From contig NIVC01000728.1 in the NCBI GenBank assembly GCA_002269645.1, forward strand, positions 124,001-188,000: a DNA stretch of 64,000 nt, in the 5' to 3' direction. Shown in pieces: positions 43,374 through 57,300 of this stretch. The position numbers and the translations under genes were made by a program. The notes beneath the pieces were generated by a model, which ran no database searches, was not told where the DNA came from, and worked only from the letters and a program-made list of their open reading frames with translations. The stretch is from Macrostomum lignano (taxonomy: Eukaryota). Position 1 is the stretch's first letter, and every line of letters begins with the position of its first letter.

Positions 43374-44194
43374 GTCTGTCTATCTGACCAGACCCTTCCT
43401 TCGCATCAGCAAAGGATCGTGTCGCAGCAATTTGGAAATCCGGCGATAAATCTTGCGATAGGAGAAACTTGGAGCAGAAAGTCGGATTTTCTGCATCCAA
43501 TTTAATTGAAAATCTGCTATCTTCTGATATAAAGCTGCTCCCGAAGAAAATTTCCGCAGCGTCCTTGTACTTTAGCTGTCCATGAATCGACAGCTAATAG
43601 TTCAGGAAAAAGACAAGTTGGCAAAACCGTATGCACTTAAACAGATTCATTCACTCATTGTTTAATTTTTTAATTCACAGAAAAATTAATACATCACGTT
43701 TCGCTTTTAATAATAAGATAAAATAATGGAAAATACTGGGCCCTCATTTCAGACATAAACAGATAGATAGAATCTGAGAGAATTACGATCCTCATCCACT
43801 TGGTTCCCAGGCTCTTTTCTGCCTTCATCATTGTCCCAAGCTGGCATCCACAGGCGAATGGAGGAGCAGGCGGCGACCTCAGAGTCGGTTAATTAAGTCC
43901 CCCAATGCCGAGCAAATCAGAGCGCTCAAGAAACTTTAATATTAAATGTGCGGGGAGAGGGGGAACCAGGGAGGGAGCGGTTTGCTTGTGGTTCCGAGAG
44001 ATAAGAGGGAACTCCCTGATTTTAATCATGCCTTCTAGTAGCTCGCTAGATATTTCTTCTAAACAGAATTTGCCGCTGATCGAACCTCCGTCGATTGGGG
44101 ATCAGTGACTAACAATATCATCCCGAAAGAAGCTGCACTAAAAAGAAAATTCCTCGATGAACCGCACTGCATAAGAGAATCATCTCTGGGATAA

Positions 44195-45205
44195 AAATCG
44201 CCTTAGATATAGAATCGCCCCCGAGAGACACGCCCTGAGAGAATCGCCCCCTGATTAAATCGCCCCGAGAAAATCGCCCCTTAAGAGAATCGCTCTTGAT
44301 AAAATCACCCCTGAGAGAATTACCCATGAGAGAATCACCTCTGAGAGATTTACCCATGAGAGAATCACCTCTGAGAGATTTACCCATGAGAGAATCACCC
44401 CTGAGAGATTTACCCATGAGAGAATCACCCCTGAGAGAACTAACCCATGAGAGAATCTCCCCTGAGAGATTTACCCATGAGAGAATCACCCCTGAGAGAT
44501 TTACCCATGAGAGAATCACCCCTGAGAGAACTAACCCATGAGAGAATCACCCCTGAGAGATTTACCCATGAGAGAATCACCTCTGAGAGATTTACCCATG
44601 AGAGAATCACCCCTGAGAGATTTACCCATGAGAGAATCACCTCTGAGAGATTTACCCATGAGAGAATCACCCCTGAGAGATTTACCCATGAGAGAATCAC
44701 CCCTGAGAGAATTACCCATGAGAGAATCACCCCTGAGAGAATTACCCATGAGAGAATCACCCCTGAGAGAATTACCCATGAGAGAATCACTCACAAGAGA
44801 ATCACCCTTGAGAAAATTACCCCGAGAAAATCGCCCATTTATAGAATCTCTCCTGATAGAATTGCCGCTGAAAAATCGCTCTGAGAGAATCACCCCTGAT
44901 AGAATCGCCCCTGAGAGAATCGCCCCTGATAGAATCGCCCCTGATAGAATCGCCCCTGAGAGAATCGCCCCTGATAGAATCGCCCCTGAGAGAATCGTCC
45001 CTGATAGAATCGCCCCTGATAGAATCGCCCCTGATAGAATCGCCCCTGAGAGAATCGCCCCTGATAGAATCGCCCCTGAGAGAATCGCCCTTGAGAGAAT
45101 CGCCCTTGAGAGAATCGCCCTTAAGAGAATCGCCCTTAAGAGAATCGCCCTTGAGAGAATCGCCCTTAAGAGAATCGCCCTTGAGAGAATCGCCCCTGAG
45201 AGAAT
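44195..45205. repeat. 15-bp minisatellite of the same family with a 30-bp dimer block (GAGAGAATCACCCCTGAGAGATTTACCCAT)
   Basis: Direct reading. Confidence 0.93.
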
Positions 45206-45990
45206 CTTGAAGCAGAGCGCAGTCGGACGGTTAGGAGAACACAGAAAGTGCAGGCATACCAAAGTCTGGTGTTTGAGAGAGGCGACAGGCCCAGTTCGCG
45301 CATGCAGTACCAAATGTACAATCGATAAATGAAAGAGCTCCCATGCACAAAAGATTCAAATTGCCTTTGCGTGGGAAAGAATTTCTCTCGCGAGGTAATA
45401 CAGACTCCTTAACGACCCCAGTTGTGGATGGAATAATATTGAACATAAATTGGTTGTTTTTCGAGTTCTGACTGAGGCCAACATGCTACCCCGCTTGGCT
45501 AAACAGAGGCAGTGCGGGTTCGATTTTCCAAGCACCGGAATAATCGATTTAGAAAAAAAGACTGCCAGAGGTGGCTGGTGGCAGAGGCTTTGGAAATCCG
45601 ACCCGACTGCATCTTTCAATTCTGCTGGCGGGATAACTCATGTGAGTGTTTTGAGCAGCTGGGGGCATCTCACCTTGCCGTTTCTCTTCCATTGTATTTG
45701 TCTTCTATGGAGACGCATTGGAGAGGTGGGGAAAATTTTGATGAGGCGAAAAAGAAGACGCCTCTGAGGCCAGCGGTTTTGGGTTCCACGGGAGCGCGTG
45801 AGGATTTTCCCAGACTGGCGGCTCTAAGGGCCCTAAGCTGATCTCCTATTGGTCCGGCCTTGTTCCCCACTAAAACAGGCTATAAAATCCTGTGCGAAGA
45901 AGCCTAAGGCTTAAGGCTTAAATATCAACTGTCTACTGAACGCGGAGTTGCTCAAGTTTGATCAGAATAAAACTCACCCAGCTGCTCGGC

Positions 45991-48900
45991 ATGAACAAGA
46001 AATCGACGGACGTTGAAGCTCGGGTCGAAGTGGACGACAAAGCCGCTTCTGACGCTGCTAATGAAGTCAGCAACGATGCTGTTGCTGACGAGGAGTCCAC
46101 TGAACAACAGCAGCGACCGCAGCGGCCTGTGAGGCAGCGGCTCACCCGTCAGGAGCGGCGCCGTCAGAAGAAACTCGAACGGCGAAGGCGGCAGCTTCGC
46201 GAGGCGAAAAGTTTCTGCAAGAAGTTTATCGCCTTCATATTTAGCCACCTGGGCCTATCGGGCTTCATAGTGGCCTACACCTTTGTTGGCGGGCTGATCT
46301 TCCGGGCGATCGAGATGCCCGAGGAGCGGCTGGTCAAAGATGAGGCTGCCAGCTTCCGGAGGAGGACTACCGAACTGCTGGTCGAGCAGCAGCTGTCTGA
46401 GCTCTGCCCTGCCGAGTCGAACTCGAGCTCAGCGATCGGCTCAGCCTGCTCGGAGAGTCTCAACCGCCGACTCAGAGAGTTAGCCAACCAGACCGTGTCG
46501 GGCATCATCTCCAATGTCACCTGGTTGGTGAAGGAGAGAGGCTGGAACGGCAGCTTCGATGAGGAAGAGTTTACGTGGAATTTTGCTGGAGCCCTGCTGT
46601 TTGTTGTGACCGTGATCACCACAATAGGTGAGTAGCAGCAGTCTGCTTTCTGCTTGTATTTGCCAGCAATAATCTACCATATTAATACATTACTTTAATA
46701 TTTGTGCAAGCAAAAGTCACAAAAAGTGCACAAATGCAGCTTAAACTCGTACTACGCAGTAAAACAACCTGGCAACATTGGGAAGTCAATGATGATAGCA
46801 TAATTTACAAATCAATTAGCTAATTGAAAAAAAGATTATTTTTATTCGAATGAAATTAACTTCGAATTTCATCTAAAGCCAGCCTGGAGCGTGTTCGAAA
46901 TAGTGTACCGGAACTCGGCAGAATGCGATATTCGAGTATGAGCACTGATTATTTGACTGAGCAATGCGTCCCGTTTCCCTGCTCGTTCTCTGGCTGAGAT
47001 TCTGAGTACGAGTAACACATTATTGTGGGACTTGTGCCCGAAAATTGGTCGTGCGATTCACAGTTATGAGGGCCAAATCCCGAAGGCACAGAGAGTGTAC
47101 ATGCCTTACAGTTAGAAAGTCAGGGCCGCTGTACACCCCGTTCCAATCGTCCCGAATTCGACCGATTTAGCATGTGATCTTGGTTATAAAATTAGTGCTT
47201 TTGAATAATGTGAGGCCGTACTTATGTATAGGAAGTTGTAAAATCATCTCACATCATATTCACCGCGGCCTAAACACGATTGAAATTTTAGAACCAACAC
47301 AAGAGAACATGTTGACTAGCTTGTACTTGAAATTCCTGAGATGCAAAGCCCGAGACAAGATTACAGAAATCACCCCATCCCGTTAATCCCACCCACGACA
47401 TTCTGGGACTGGCTTGATCCAACTCTATAGCTCTTCGATATACTCGTGTGCGGAGCCAGTACTGGCTTATCGTCCTTAATCATGCTCAGAAAATAGCCCG
47501 CAGACAGATGAAGGAGAGCCGCGGAGGCCGCGATCGCAGTTCTGTTTGGTATCAGCTATGTTAGTAACGCTATATGCGCGATCGAATTTGCTTAGGAAAG
47601 CGTTAATACAGTTGCGCAGTTTTGAGTGACTAAGTCAAGCCTTGGGCGCCTGTCTGCTTTCTAGTGCTGTCCTTTTGTGTCTGGTTGTCATAATTGTAAA
47701 GTCATTTTCACTACTGTCTGTCTTTATCAGTTTGGTTATTCATTGTCACATACTGTCCACTTGTCCGTCAGTCTTTTACGGGGTAACGTCAGCCTGTCTG
47801 TCTATCTGCCTGTCTATTAGCAGCATACTGTCTGTGTCTGCCTGTCTATTAGCAGCATAGTGTCTGTGTCTGCCTGTCTATTAGCAGCATAGTGTCTGTG
47901 TCTGCCTGTCTATTAGCAGCATAGTGTCTGTGTCTGCCTGTTTATTAGCAGCATGGTGTCTGTGTCCGTCTGTCTGTCAATCACCCTTGAACTGCCCCCC
48001 TCCGCTTGCCCATTTCTGTCAACCCGTTTCGCACCCCAGTATATTTTCACAGGCCAATGCCATCTGTTAACGAACGCCAAAAGTGCAAACTCGACCGCGT
48101 GTGGGGAGAAATTAGAAATGGGAAGTTAATAAGACTACCAATCCCGACAGCCTTGACTAAGATTTAGCCGAAATCCCCTTCAATTTGAGCCGGGACTGAA
48201 ACTCGGCTCCCCACGGGAACACAAAATTGCCCCAAGAGGCCACTGAGCTGTAAGGAGCCGGGGAAGAAGCAGTCGGGATCTTGGCAAGCGATTGTCTTGG
48301 GCAACTGGCTCCTAAAATGCAGAACTTAGTTTCAAACAAGTGTTATTAGACAGTGAAAACTCTCAACATACAGTTGCTTTTTTCGAAACGAATTTTGCAA
48401 AGATTTTTTTGCATAGCGCTGAATGGAGTGGGGCTTCACCATGGCCAAGGCGAGTCGAGAAAAAATCAGAGCTAGAAATTCTTCTAGAAGCCAATCAAAT
48501 TACCCAACAACCGCCCGCACTGCCAGGCTACGGGCACGCAGCTCCGAAGTCCAAGCTCGGCATGATCTGCACCATCGTGTGCGCATTCTTCGGCATCCCG
48601 CTGATGTTCCTCTACCTGAACAACATCGGCGACTACCTGGCTGACGGGTTCCGCCTGCTCTACACCAACCTGTGCCGGCCCTATTTCAAAAGGTTCCGCC
48701 TGTGCGGCAGTCGCAACCAGCCTAAATCTCAGGGAGCGGCAGCGGGCGGCGGCGGCGGCGGCGGCGCTGCCGGAGGCGACCCGGCGGGCCAGGCCGCGGC
48801 TGCGAAGTTTGCCTTCGACATCATCCGCGTCAAAAAGCGATTTGCCCAGCCTCTGCTGCCGTCGGCCGCCGCCGGATTGGGCGTCCATCGCAACAGCCTT

Positions 48901-51900
48901 GGAGGCTTCGACGAAAGCCGAGGCCTCAGCGGTGGGGTCACCAAATCGGCGACGCTGCCGCCTGGGCTCCGGCTGAGCAGCTTCGACTCGCCGAAGCCGG
49001 ACCCGGACGATCCTCGGGCTCGCCGAGCGTTCGTCACCTCGCGGCTGCTCCCAGCTAAGCAGCTGAAGCCGCAGTCGCCGCCGCCGCCAGAGCAGCACCG
49101 CCAACTCCTGCAACGTAGCGCATCGACACCGCAGCCACGGCTGCGCGCAGCTGCCGCCTCGGTCTCCGAGGAGGGGGGCGAAGCCAACGAAGCACCGATC
49201 GTTGATTGGCGCTATTTGGGCGTCCCAGCTGCAGAGGGCAACAGTGGTGGTGCTTCTGCCGCCACCACGCCGACATCAGCGACCGGCCAACCGGCCCCTG
49301 CGGCAGCCGACAGCGAGAAATACCTTCAGCCGAGGCGCATCAGCTACATCAGCTTGGACGTCGGCGATTCGAGTAGCGACGACAGCAGCGGCGCAACTTC
49401 GAGCAGCTCCAGCTGCGAGGACGACGACAACAACGACAAGCCGAAACCCGCCAATGGCGACATTTACGACGCCGGAGGCCAGTCTCGTCGAGCTTCGTCG
49501 GACAAGCTCCGTCAACGTCTGCGTCACGTGACAGTGCCGCTGAGCCTGTCAATCGGAGTGATGATCGGATACGTTGTGCTCGGGGCTTTCATGTTCACGT
49601 TCTGGGAGACGGCCGATTACGTCAAGTGGTCCTACTTCTGCTTCATTACGCTCAGCACTATTGGCTTTGGCGACATTGTGCCAGGTGAGAATGATTCTTA
49701 AATACATTTTTTATCATTTTTAAGACACAGAAGACAGAAATGGAGATAGATATAAACCATACCCAGCAATGCATTGATGCTTTTTCAGTATGTATTTAGT
49801 CAGCCAAAATTAGTCAGTTTCTCATGGTCTATTTCTCGATGCTATATCTCTGACCCAATAGAGCACGAAGTCCAGTTACTTTAATTGAGAAATACCTGTA
49901 TCAAGGCAAAGCGCTTAATGATCCGTAAGCAGAAAGTCTACATTTTCTAGTTGAGAAAGAGAATAAAGAAATCTTTCTGTCGTGCCTGACTCATTCAAGT
50001 ACGTTCTAACTTATACGTAAAGAGTTAATATAATCCGTCTACGAGCTGGGTTGCCAAATGCAAGCATTCACAGGTAAGATCAACTTGTGCTTTGCCTATT
50101 CCAGTTCGATTTTATTGCGAGTATTGAAGCCTTCGAACGTTTGCTAACACATCTCGTACTAATAAAATACTTTGTAGGAGACACTGGTAAATTCCCGACA
50201 CCATTCTACTGTCTTGATGTCTCTGGACCCATTAATAAGTTCCTACGAATGTATTCTACATAAGTCTTCGATTCGAATTAATCACATCGGAATACGGCTT
50301 AAACAGGTCCTCTCCAGAATAATTTTATTTATTCTACTGACTGGGGATTCCCATCAGGACAGTAAAAAACTTTAAATGACCCATCGGGCGCAAGCGTATA
50401 TTTAGAAGCTATACAAACAAACAAAATTGTCAGCTCTTAGCTGATTAATGCGAGCGAGCTTCCATGAACGGGTCGCGTGCTGGTGCACAATTTGCGTTTC
50501 ACGAACGAACTCCTGCAGCGTGCGGTGCGCAGCGGTCCAAACCAAAGCTAACCCGGCCTCTGAACACTAACCTTCGGAGTTTACCGGAATTTTTTAGGAA
50601 AACTTTTGCCTCACTTGTATCCCAATTTGCGTGAACGACGGGGGAATAGCGAAATGAGCACGACCTGGCAAAGCAGGCACTTTTGCATCCGTCTTGCCTG
50701 GTTTGAGACTTCGTTAGAGAGACGCTTTTGATTGTAAAGGTAAAACAAAACTGAAAATGAACGAGGCGACTACGCAGTGCATGTAATTGAGGTCTCTATT
50801 GTTATTTTTGCAGTGGTTGGGGGCGGGGGGCAAAAGCAGCTGTTGCTTGTGCCTGTCTGCTTGTGTCTACGTCGGTATATGTGTCCAACTTCTTACAGGG
50901 ATTATCTCAATAGCTAAATAGGATCCGAGAATCAGCAGCAGCAGGCTTGTTTTGATTGGGAAGAAGAAGATTGAAGATTACTCAACGGGTCGACGTAAAC
51001 TATTTCACTGAGACATAGTTATATGCGATCATATGCATGTTTTTATGAACGCATTTAGCTGATGTAGGTGGGCAGGTTAGATAGGCATATTGGTTAGTTG
51101 ATTGGTTGGTCGGTTGGTTGGTTGGTTGGTTGGTTGGTTGGTTGGTTGGTTGGTTGGTTGGTTGGTTGGTTGGTTGTTTGGTTGGTTGGTTGGTTGGTTG
51201 GTTGGTTGGTTGGTTGGTTGGTTGGTTGGTTGGTTGGTTGGTTGGTTGGTTGGTTGGTTGGTTGGTTGGTTGGCTGGTTGGTTGGTTGGTTGGTTGGTTG
51301 GTTGGTTGGTTGGTTGGTTGGTTGGTTGGTTGGTTGGTTGGTTGGTTGGTTGGTTGGTTGGTTGGTTGGTTGGTTGGTTGGTTGGTTGGTTGGTTGGTTG
51401 GTTGGTTGGTTGGTTGGTTGGTTGGTTGGTTGGTTGGTTGGTTGGTTGGTTGGTTGGTTGGTTGGTTGGTTGGTTGGTTGGTTGGTTGGTTGGTTGGTTG
51501 GTTGGTTGGTTGGTTGGTTGGTTGGTTGGTTGGTTGGTTGGTTGGTTGGTTGGGGTTAGCATTGACATTAAAATAACAAATTTCTAGTAAATTATAAGCT
51601 AAGAGATACGTAGAACCCACGGTGGCCGGCAATGCAAGGAAGTTAGAAATACCAAATCATGAAGATGCAGCGTTTGCACGTGCTGCGCAGTTATTAACAA
51701 TAATGCCCATCCGTCAGCCCTCTTCGTTTCACAACTTTATCCGAGTGGCAAATTGTTTACTTCATCGAGGAGTCTACAACCTCGTTTGTAACATCCGCGA
51801 GTTTCTGTCTACATTTCTAATTCATCGTGTTCCATGGTACTTAGTTATCACTACGTGACCCTGAGAAATTCAGAAATTCGACACATCAATACCTTTTACG

Positions 51901-52624
51901 AGCATGGAAAAAATGGATTGAAACACGTCGATTTTTTGTGACGTGAAGTGACAAAGCTGAACTCTCTCATTAATGTGACGTTTGAATAATACAATACTTT
52001 AAAAAGAGTATTCTATCGTGACCAGAATGGACCTTGATCAGTTACGGTTGTTTAACTCAGTTCATGAAACACGAGGTACCTATAAATATTTTTAGTTCAA
52101 ACTTGGTAGCTTGTACACTATCACCTTAAGTTACGGCCAAAAAGCCTCAAGTAAACCTACCACCCGATTTGACATCTAAATGAGCCTAGATAACAGCCAA
52201 CTACTGAAGTTTTCTCCTACTCTTGATTTCTCGGACAGGCACCGAAGTGAACACGCAGAACCCCAAGGAGAAGCTGATAGCGACAACTCTGTACGTAGCC
52301 ATCGGTCTGTCAGTATTCGCCATGTGCTTCAAGCTCATGCAAGAGGAGGTTGTCCAGAAGGTGCGTCGACTTGGTCGAAGACTGGGCATAGTGGCTGTGG
52401 ACCCGGCTGTGGCGGCGGCAGCTGCCGCAGCTAAAGCGAAATCGTCTGCCTCATCGACAGCAGCGGCGCGACGGAAAGAGGCGCGACGGAAGCGACGTCG
52501 GAGGCGTCAGCGCCGACTGCAACGCCAGCGTCAGGAAGCTGACGCAGTCAAATCTGGTGTCGCGGCGTCAGCGACCGGGACAACTCCAACAACCGTTTTC
52601 AGTGTGAAATTTAGCGGTGATTAG
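45991..52624 (+). CDS. Two-pore-domain potassium channel (K2P/KCNK, invertebrate TWK-like), about 726 aa
   Basis: Exons 45991-46627, 48527-49684, 52239-52624 (phase 1). P1 TTIG|YG is split by the intron, P2 is STIGFG, and there are four TM helices plus a cap loop. A possible extra 5' exon 45483-45641 would splice in frame to 45982. Confidence 0.92.
47815..47965. repeat. 32-bp repeat, about 4 copies (ATTAGCAGCATAGTGTCTGTGTCTGCCTGTCT)
   Basis: Direct reading; K2P intron 1. Confidence 0.85.
51098..51553. repeat. (TTGG)n microsatellite
   Basis: Direct reading; K2P intron 2. Confidence 0.98.
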
Positions 52625-54395
52625 TAGCTGGTAGATTGCTTCAGTTCAAAGAGTGACCTACTCTAAAGGAATAGTGACATGCCCTTAAAGTTAGTGACCT
52701 ATCAGACCTACCTTGTGATCTATCCCTATCAGAGTTCCTTCCACAGGCAGACATTCAGTGACAAAAAGGGATAAAATGGGGATCTCGTGTGGACTTAAGG
52801 CTCTAGAATGGTGTGGACAGCCTATCTGTGATTGGACTCCGTGTATATATTAAGTTCAGTCAGAAGCTCACTGTATTTACGAGCTAGATTTGGCGTAAGC
52901 TTTTAAACTTAAGTCTATAAATTTAAAATGAAACAGTTTTCTCATTAATCGATTTTCACTCTTTGTTCTTAAATCGATTCTAGAGAGAAAACTACAGCAG
53001 GGCGTGGTTTTGTAGCCTCTTGGCTAGGTGTACATTCCTTAAGCGATGGCCTAAGACGGCGTTATTTCTGCCCCACTTTGGGCAACTCCCCTTACTCCCT
53101 TACCCCCATAAAGTATGTACACACACTGTACACCTCAAATGTACACTTTATAGCCCCAAACTGGCCAGCCCAAGGCCAGCAACCTCACTCCGCCTCCCCG
53201 TATCTGTCAGTCTCGCACAAGCGTCTCGGAGATGACCCTCCGATGCATTTATTTGCACTGAGAGGACAAAATTGTTTTAATAAATTAAATTAAAGTACAT
53301 GTTTTGTGCTTCAATTGTAGTTATCAATTATCAATGTATTCCCAGAGTTTCGGTTACCAGTTTCGGTTGTAGTTTGAAATGTTTCGTATTTTTGTCAACA
53401 AACATTAGAGCAGCAGACTGTCTGTACTCCTTAATCACGTGTTCGAAATAGTCAACGTGATGAATGAATTTCACTATAATTCCAGGCCATATAGTGACAT
53501 GAGAGACAAGCACAAGTACAATGTGTCTTCTCTCGCCTTTCTATAATTAATTATATCCTAAAATCTAGCTCATAAGTTTACTGATATCAGGCTGCTGGGG
53601 CCAATTTTATACAGCTGCTGTCAGAAATTTGTTTTCCTGGTTATTGCGTGTCGAACTGGCACCATTCTCGGCCTCCTGCACTCGAAATGAGATCACAAAG
53701 TCAGATAATATTTATAACTCTGTGACGCCCTACATGTCTGGCCGCTGAAACAACGGAAGTGCCAAAAAGTTGTCCAATTTTGTAAAAAATCTTGTTTTTT
53801 AAACCATGAAATACTTGCCAAAAAGTTATCTATATATAAATTCTGATAATGATACTTTAGGACTGCAACACCTTTCAGTGCATGAATTAAATGGACTTGT
53901 ATGACTGCCTTTCACAACGACTCGTTCATTTCTCAGCACCCCTCCACTTCATCCACAACAATAATGGTAAGTAAAAGCAAAATAAGTGTACAAACCAGAT
54001 ACGCTTCGTCTATGAATTAGAAGAAAAACGCAGGTTTTTTATTAAAATACACTTTAAACAGTCAGTATTTTATTTTTTATAGTTCAAACAGAAACTTCTT
54101 AAATAAACGACAAAGCCGAAAAACAGAAAATCAATAAGCGTCAAATTTGTTTATAAGATTGAAAATTGTATTTGGATATCGCAGTCTGTTTCACTCGTTA
54201 CCATCCATGCTTTACTACTGTAAGTAGACCAGCAGCGGCATTTATCAAAGTGAAAGGAGAAATATTTTACCTATTATGAATTAAACACGGGCGTGAGGAC
54301 GCTGAGAATTCGCAGCAGGCGGTCGGTTCTCGAGGGGCGGAGAGTTAGTAAAAATCAGTCTCAAAATAAATAGTGGCTGTCTAGCAGCAATGGAT

Positions 54396-57300
54396 CTACT
54401 TTGCGGCCACAGCTTTCCCGTTGGCGCCCCCGTTGCCACCGCCCCGAGCTTTGGAGCTCTGACGCGACTTCTCGTTGGCCATGGCCAGCCGCCGGATGTT
54501 GGCGATACAGCCGGAAGCGGCCAGCTGGAGCGCTTCATCGTCGGAGCCGACCAGGCCCAGGAGGTGGCGCACCACGCCGCACTCGTGCATGGTGATGCAG
54601 TTGTCGGGGTGTCGGCTGAGTTCGTGCAGAGCGCGGGCCGTGCTGCGGTGCACTTTGGGATCCTGGCATGGTTGGCGGGTGATTCTGTGAATTTGTGACT
54701 GAGGCAGCGATTCTGGAGGGTGAGTACTCAGGGTCTACTCAGGTCAGGAAACTGAGGGATATTCTCAGTTTCCCAGTCGACAATGAGCTTCTGATGTCTC
54801 CCTAGAGTATATAGAGTGGCCTCTTCAAAGCGGATAGAGTGACCGCACTATCCATAAAAAATAGTGTAATATCAACGAGGACAGAATGACCTCCTTCGGG
54901 AACAGGATGACGTCATAAAGATACTCATGGAACGACCACTAGTGAAATATACGTAACTTAATTTAACCTCCCATGAGGCTAAAGCAATCTCATCTATTAG
55001 GTACTGTAGAATAAGCCAACTCAGCGCTCACCTTTACGCGCAGGTAAGACACGAGCGGCGCCACGGCGCCCTCCTTGCCGAACACAATCCTGTTGTTGCC
55101 CCAGGCGCAGCAGCAAGCGATGGCCTCAGACAGGTGCCGCTTCAACTCCTCGTCTTGGGTGCGCGTCAGGCCGGCAAGCAGGGGAATGACACCGTGGTCG
55201 GTCAGAACGGCGAGGTTCTCTTCGTCTTTGGCGATGCTGGCGACAGCCGCACAGATTGCGGCGAGCACCTGCGTAGAGTGGAAGACTTCCCTTGATATCC
55301 CATGATACATTCCGGCCAATTTTTCATGCACAAGCCTCAAATGAACTTCGTCTGTGCACGGAATCAAAGCAGGGCTCGCTGCGCGAGAGTCAGACGCCTT
55401 TGCGTCACCGTTTCAAGGCAACTAACGTTAAAGCGAGTGGCAAAATTAAGCTGAGCTCCAGTCCATTCTTTTACGATTGGGTAGCAGGTCTGGGAGTTTG
55501 CGACCCCCCAGGCTTACCTTGATGTTGTCCGATCTGAGCAGGTGCACGATGAGCTCGAGGCCACCAACGTAGGATCTGACCATCTCGCCAGCGTCGTTGA
55601 CGTTGTCGATGCACGGACAGATTGCGTAGGCGGCGCTGGCCTGCACCTCCGGGTTCGGGTTCTTCAGCAGCGACCACAGCAGCCGGACGCCATCCATTCT
55701 GTCGATGATGGCCATGTTCTCTTTCTCTTGGGCGCAGCGGCCAACGGCTCTGGTAGTGTTCACCAACAGAGCCTGGTTGGTGCCCGTCAGCAGCTGCACC
55801 AGGGGACCAATGCCGCCGGCCTTGCGAATGGCGTGCCGATTCTCCTTCTCTGCCGCCATCTCGCCGAGGGCGCCGACTACGTTGACGAGGACCTGAGGAG
55901 GAGGGGGAAGGGAAGGAGGCGGAGTGCTTTGTCTTTCTCTTCATGCCGTGTCTCCGGTGCGTCATTATTCGGTACTGTCTTTCTCGTTGACTACTGTTTT
56001 TTATGGTCTTCGTGTCCTTCTTATGGACTACTGTCTTACTTATGGACTACTGTCTTCTCATGGACTACTGTCTTCTCATGGACTACTGTCTTCTCATGGA
56101 CTACTGTCTTCTCATGGACTACTGTCTTCTCATGGACTACTGTCTTCTCATGGACTACTGTCTTCTCATGGACTACTGTCTTCTCATGGACTACTGTCTT
56201 CTCATGGACTACTGTCTTCTCATGGACTACTGTCTTTCTCATGGACTACTGTCTTCTCATGGACTACTGTCTTCTTATGGACTACTGTCTTCTCATGGAC
56301 TACTGTCTTCTCATGGACTACTGTCTTTCTCATGGACTACTGTCTTTCTCATGGACTACTGTCTTTCTCATGGACTACTGTCTTCTCATGGACTACTGTC
56401 TTCTCATGGACTACTGTCTTTCTATGGACTACTGTCTTCTCATGGACTACTGTCTTTCTCATGGACTACTGTCTTTCTCATGGACTACTGTCTTCTCATG
56501 GACTACTGTCTTCTCATGGACTACTGTCTTCTCATGGACTACTGTCTTTCTCATGGACTACTGTCTTCTCATGGACTACTGTCTTTCTCATGGACTACTG
56601 TATTTCTTACGGACTACTGTCTTCTCATGGACTACTGTCTTTCTCATGGACTACTGTCTTTCTCATGGACTACTGTCTTCTCATGGACTACTGTCTTCTC
56701 ATGGACTACTGTCTTTCTATGGACTACTGTCTTCTCATGGACTACTGTCTTTCTCATGGACTACTGTCTTCTCATGGACTACTGTCTTTCTCATGGACTA
56801 CTGTCTTTCTCATGGACTACTGTCTTTCTCATGGACTACTGTCTTCTCATGGACTACTGTCTTCTCATGGACTACTGTCTTTCTATGGACTACTGTCTTC
56901 TCATGGACTACTGTCTTCTCATGGACTACTGTCTTTCTCATGGACTACTGTCTTCTCATGGACTACTGTCTTCTCATGGACTACTGTCTTTCTCATGGAC
57001 TACTGTCTTCTCATGGACTACTGTCTTTCTCATGGACTACTGTCTTCTCATGGACTACTGTCTTTCTCATGGACTACTGTCTTTCTCATGGACTACTGTC
57101 TTTCTCATGGACTACTGTCTTCTCATGGACTACTGTCTTCTCATGGACTACTGTCTTTCTATGGACTACTGTCTTCTCATGGACTACTGTCTTTCTCATG
57201 GACTACTGTCTTCTCATGGACTACTGTCTTCTCATGGACTACTGTCTTCTCATGGACTACTGTCTTCTCATGGACTACTGTCTTCTCATGGACTACTGTC

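Noticed and set aside
52998-53735. Possible hAT TIR pair CAGGGCGT ... ACGCCCTA
   Set aside because: Short, imperfect, and no target-site duplication in the flanks.
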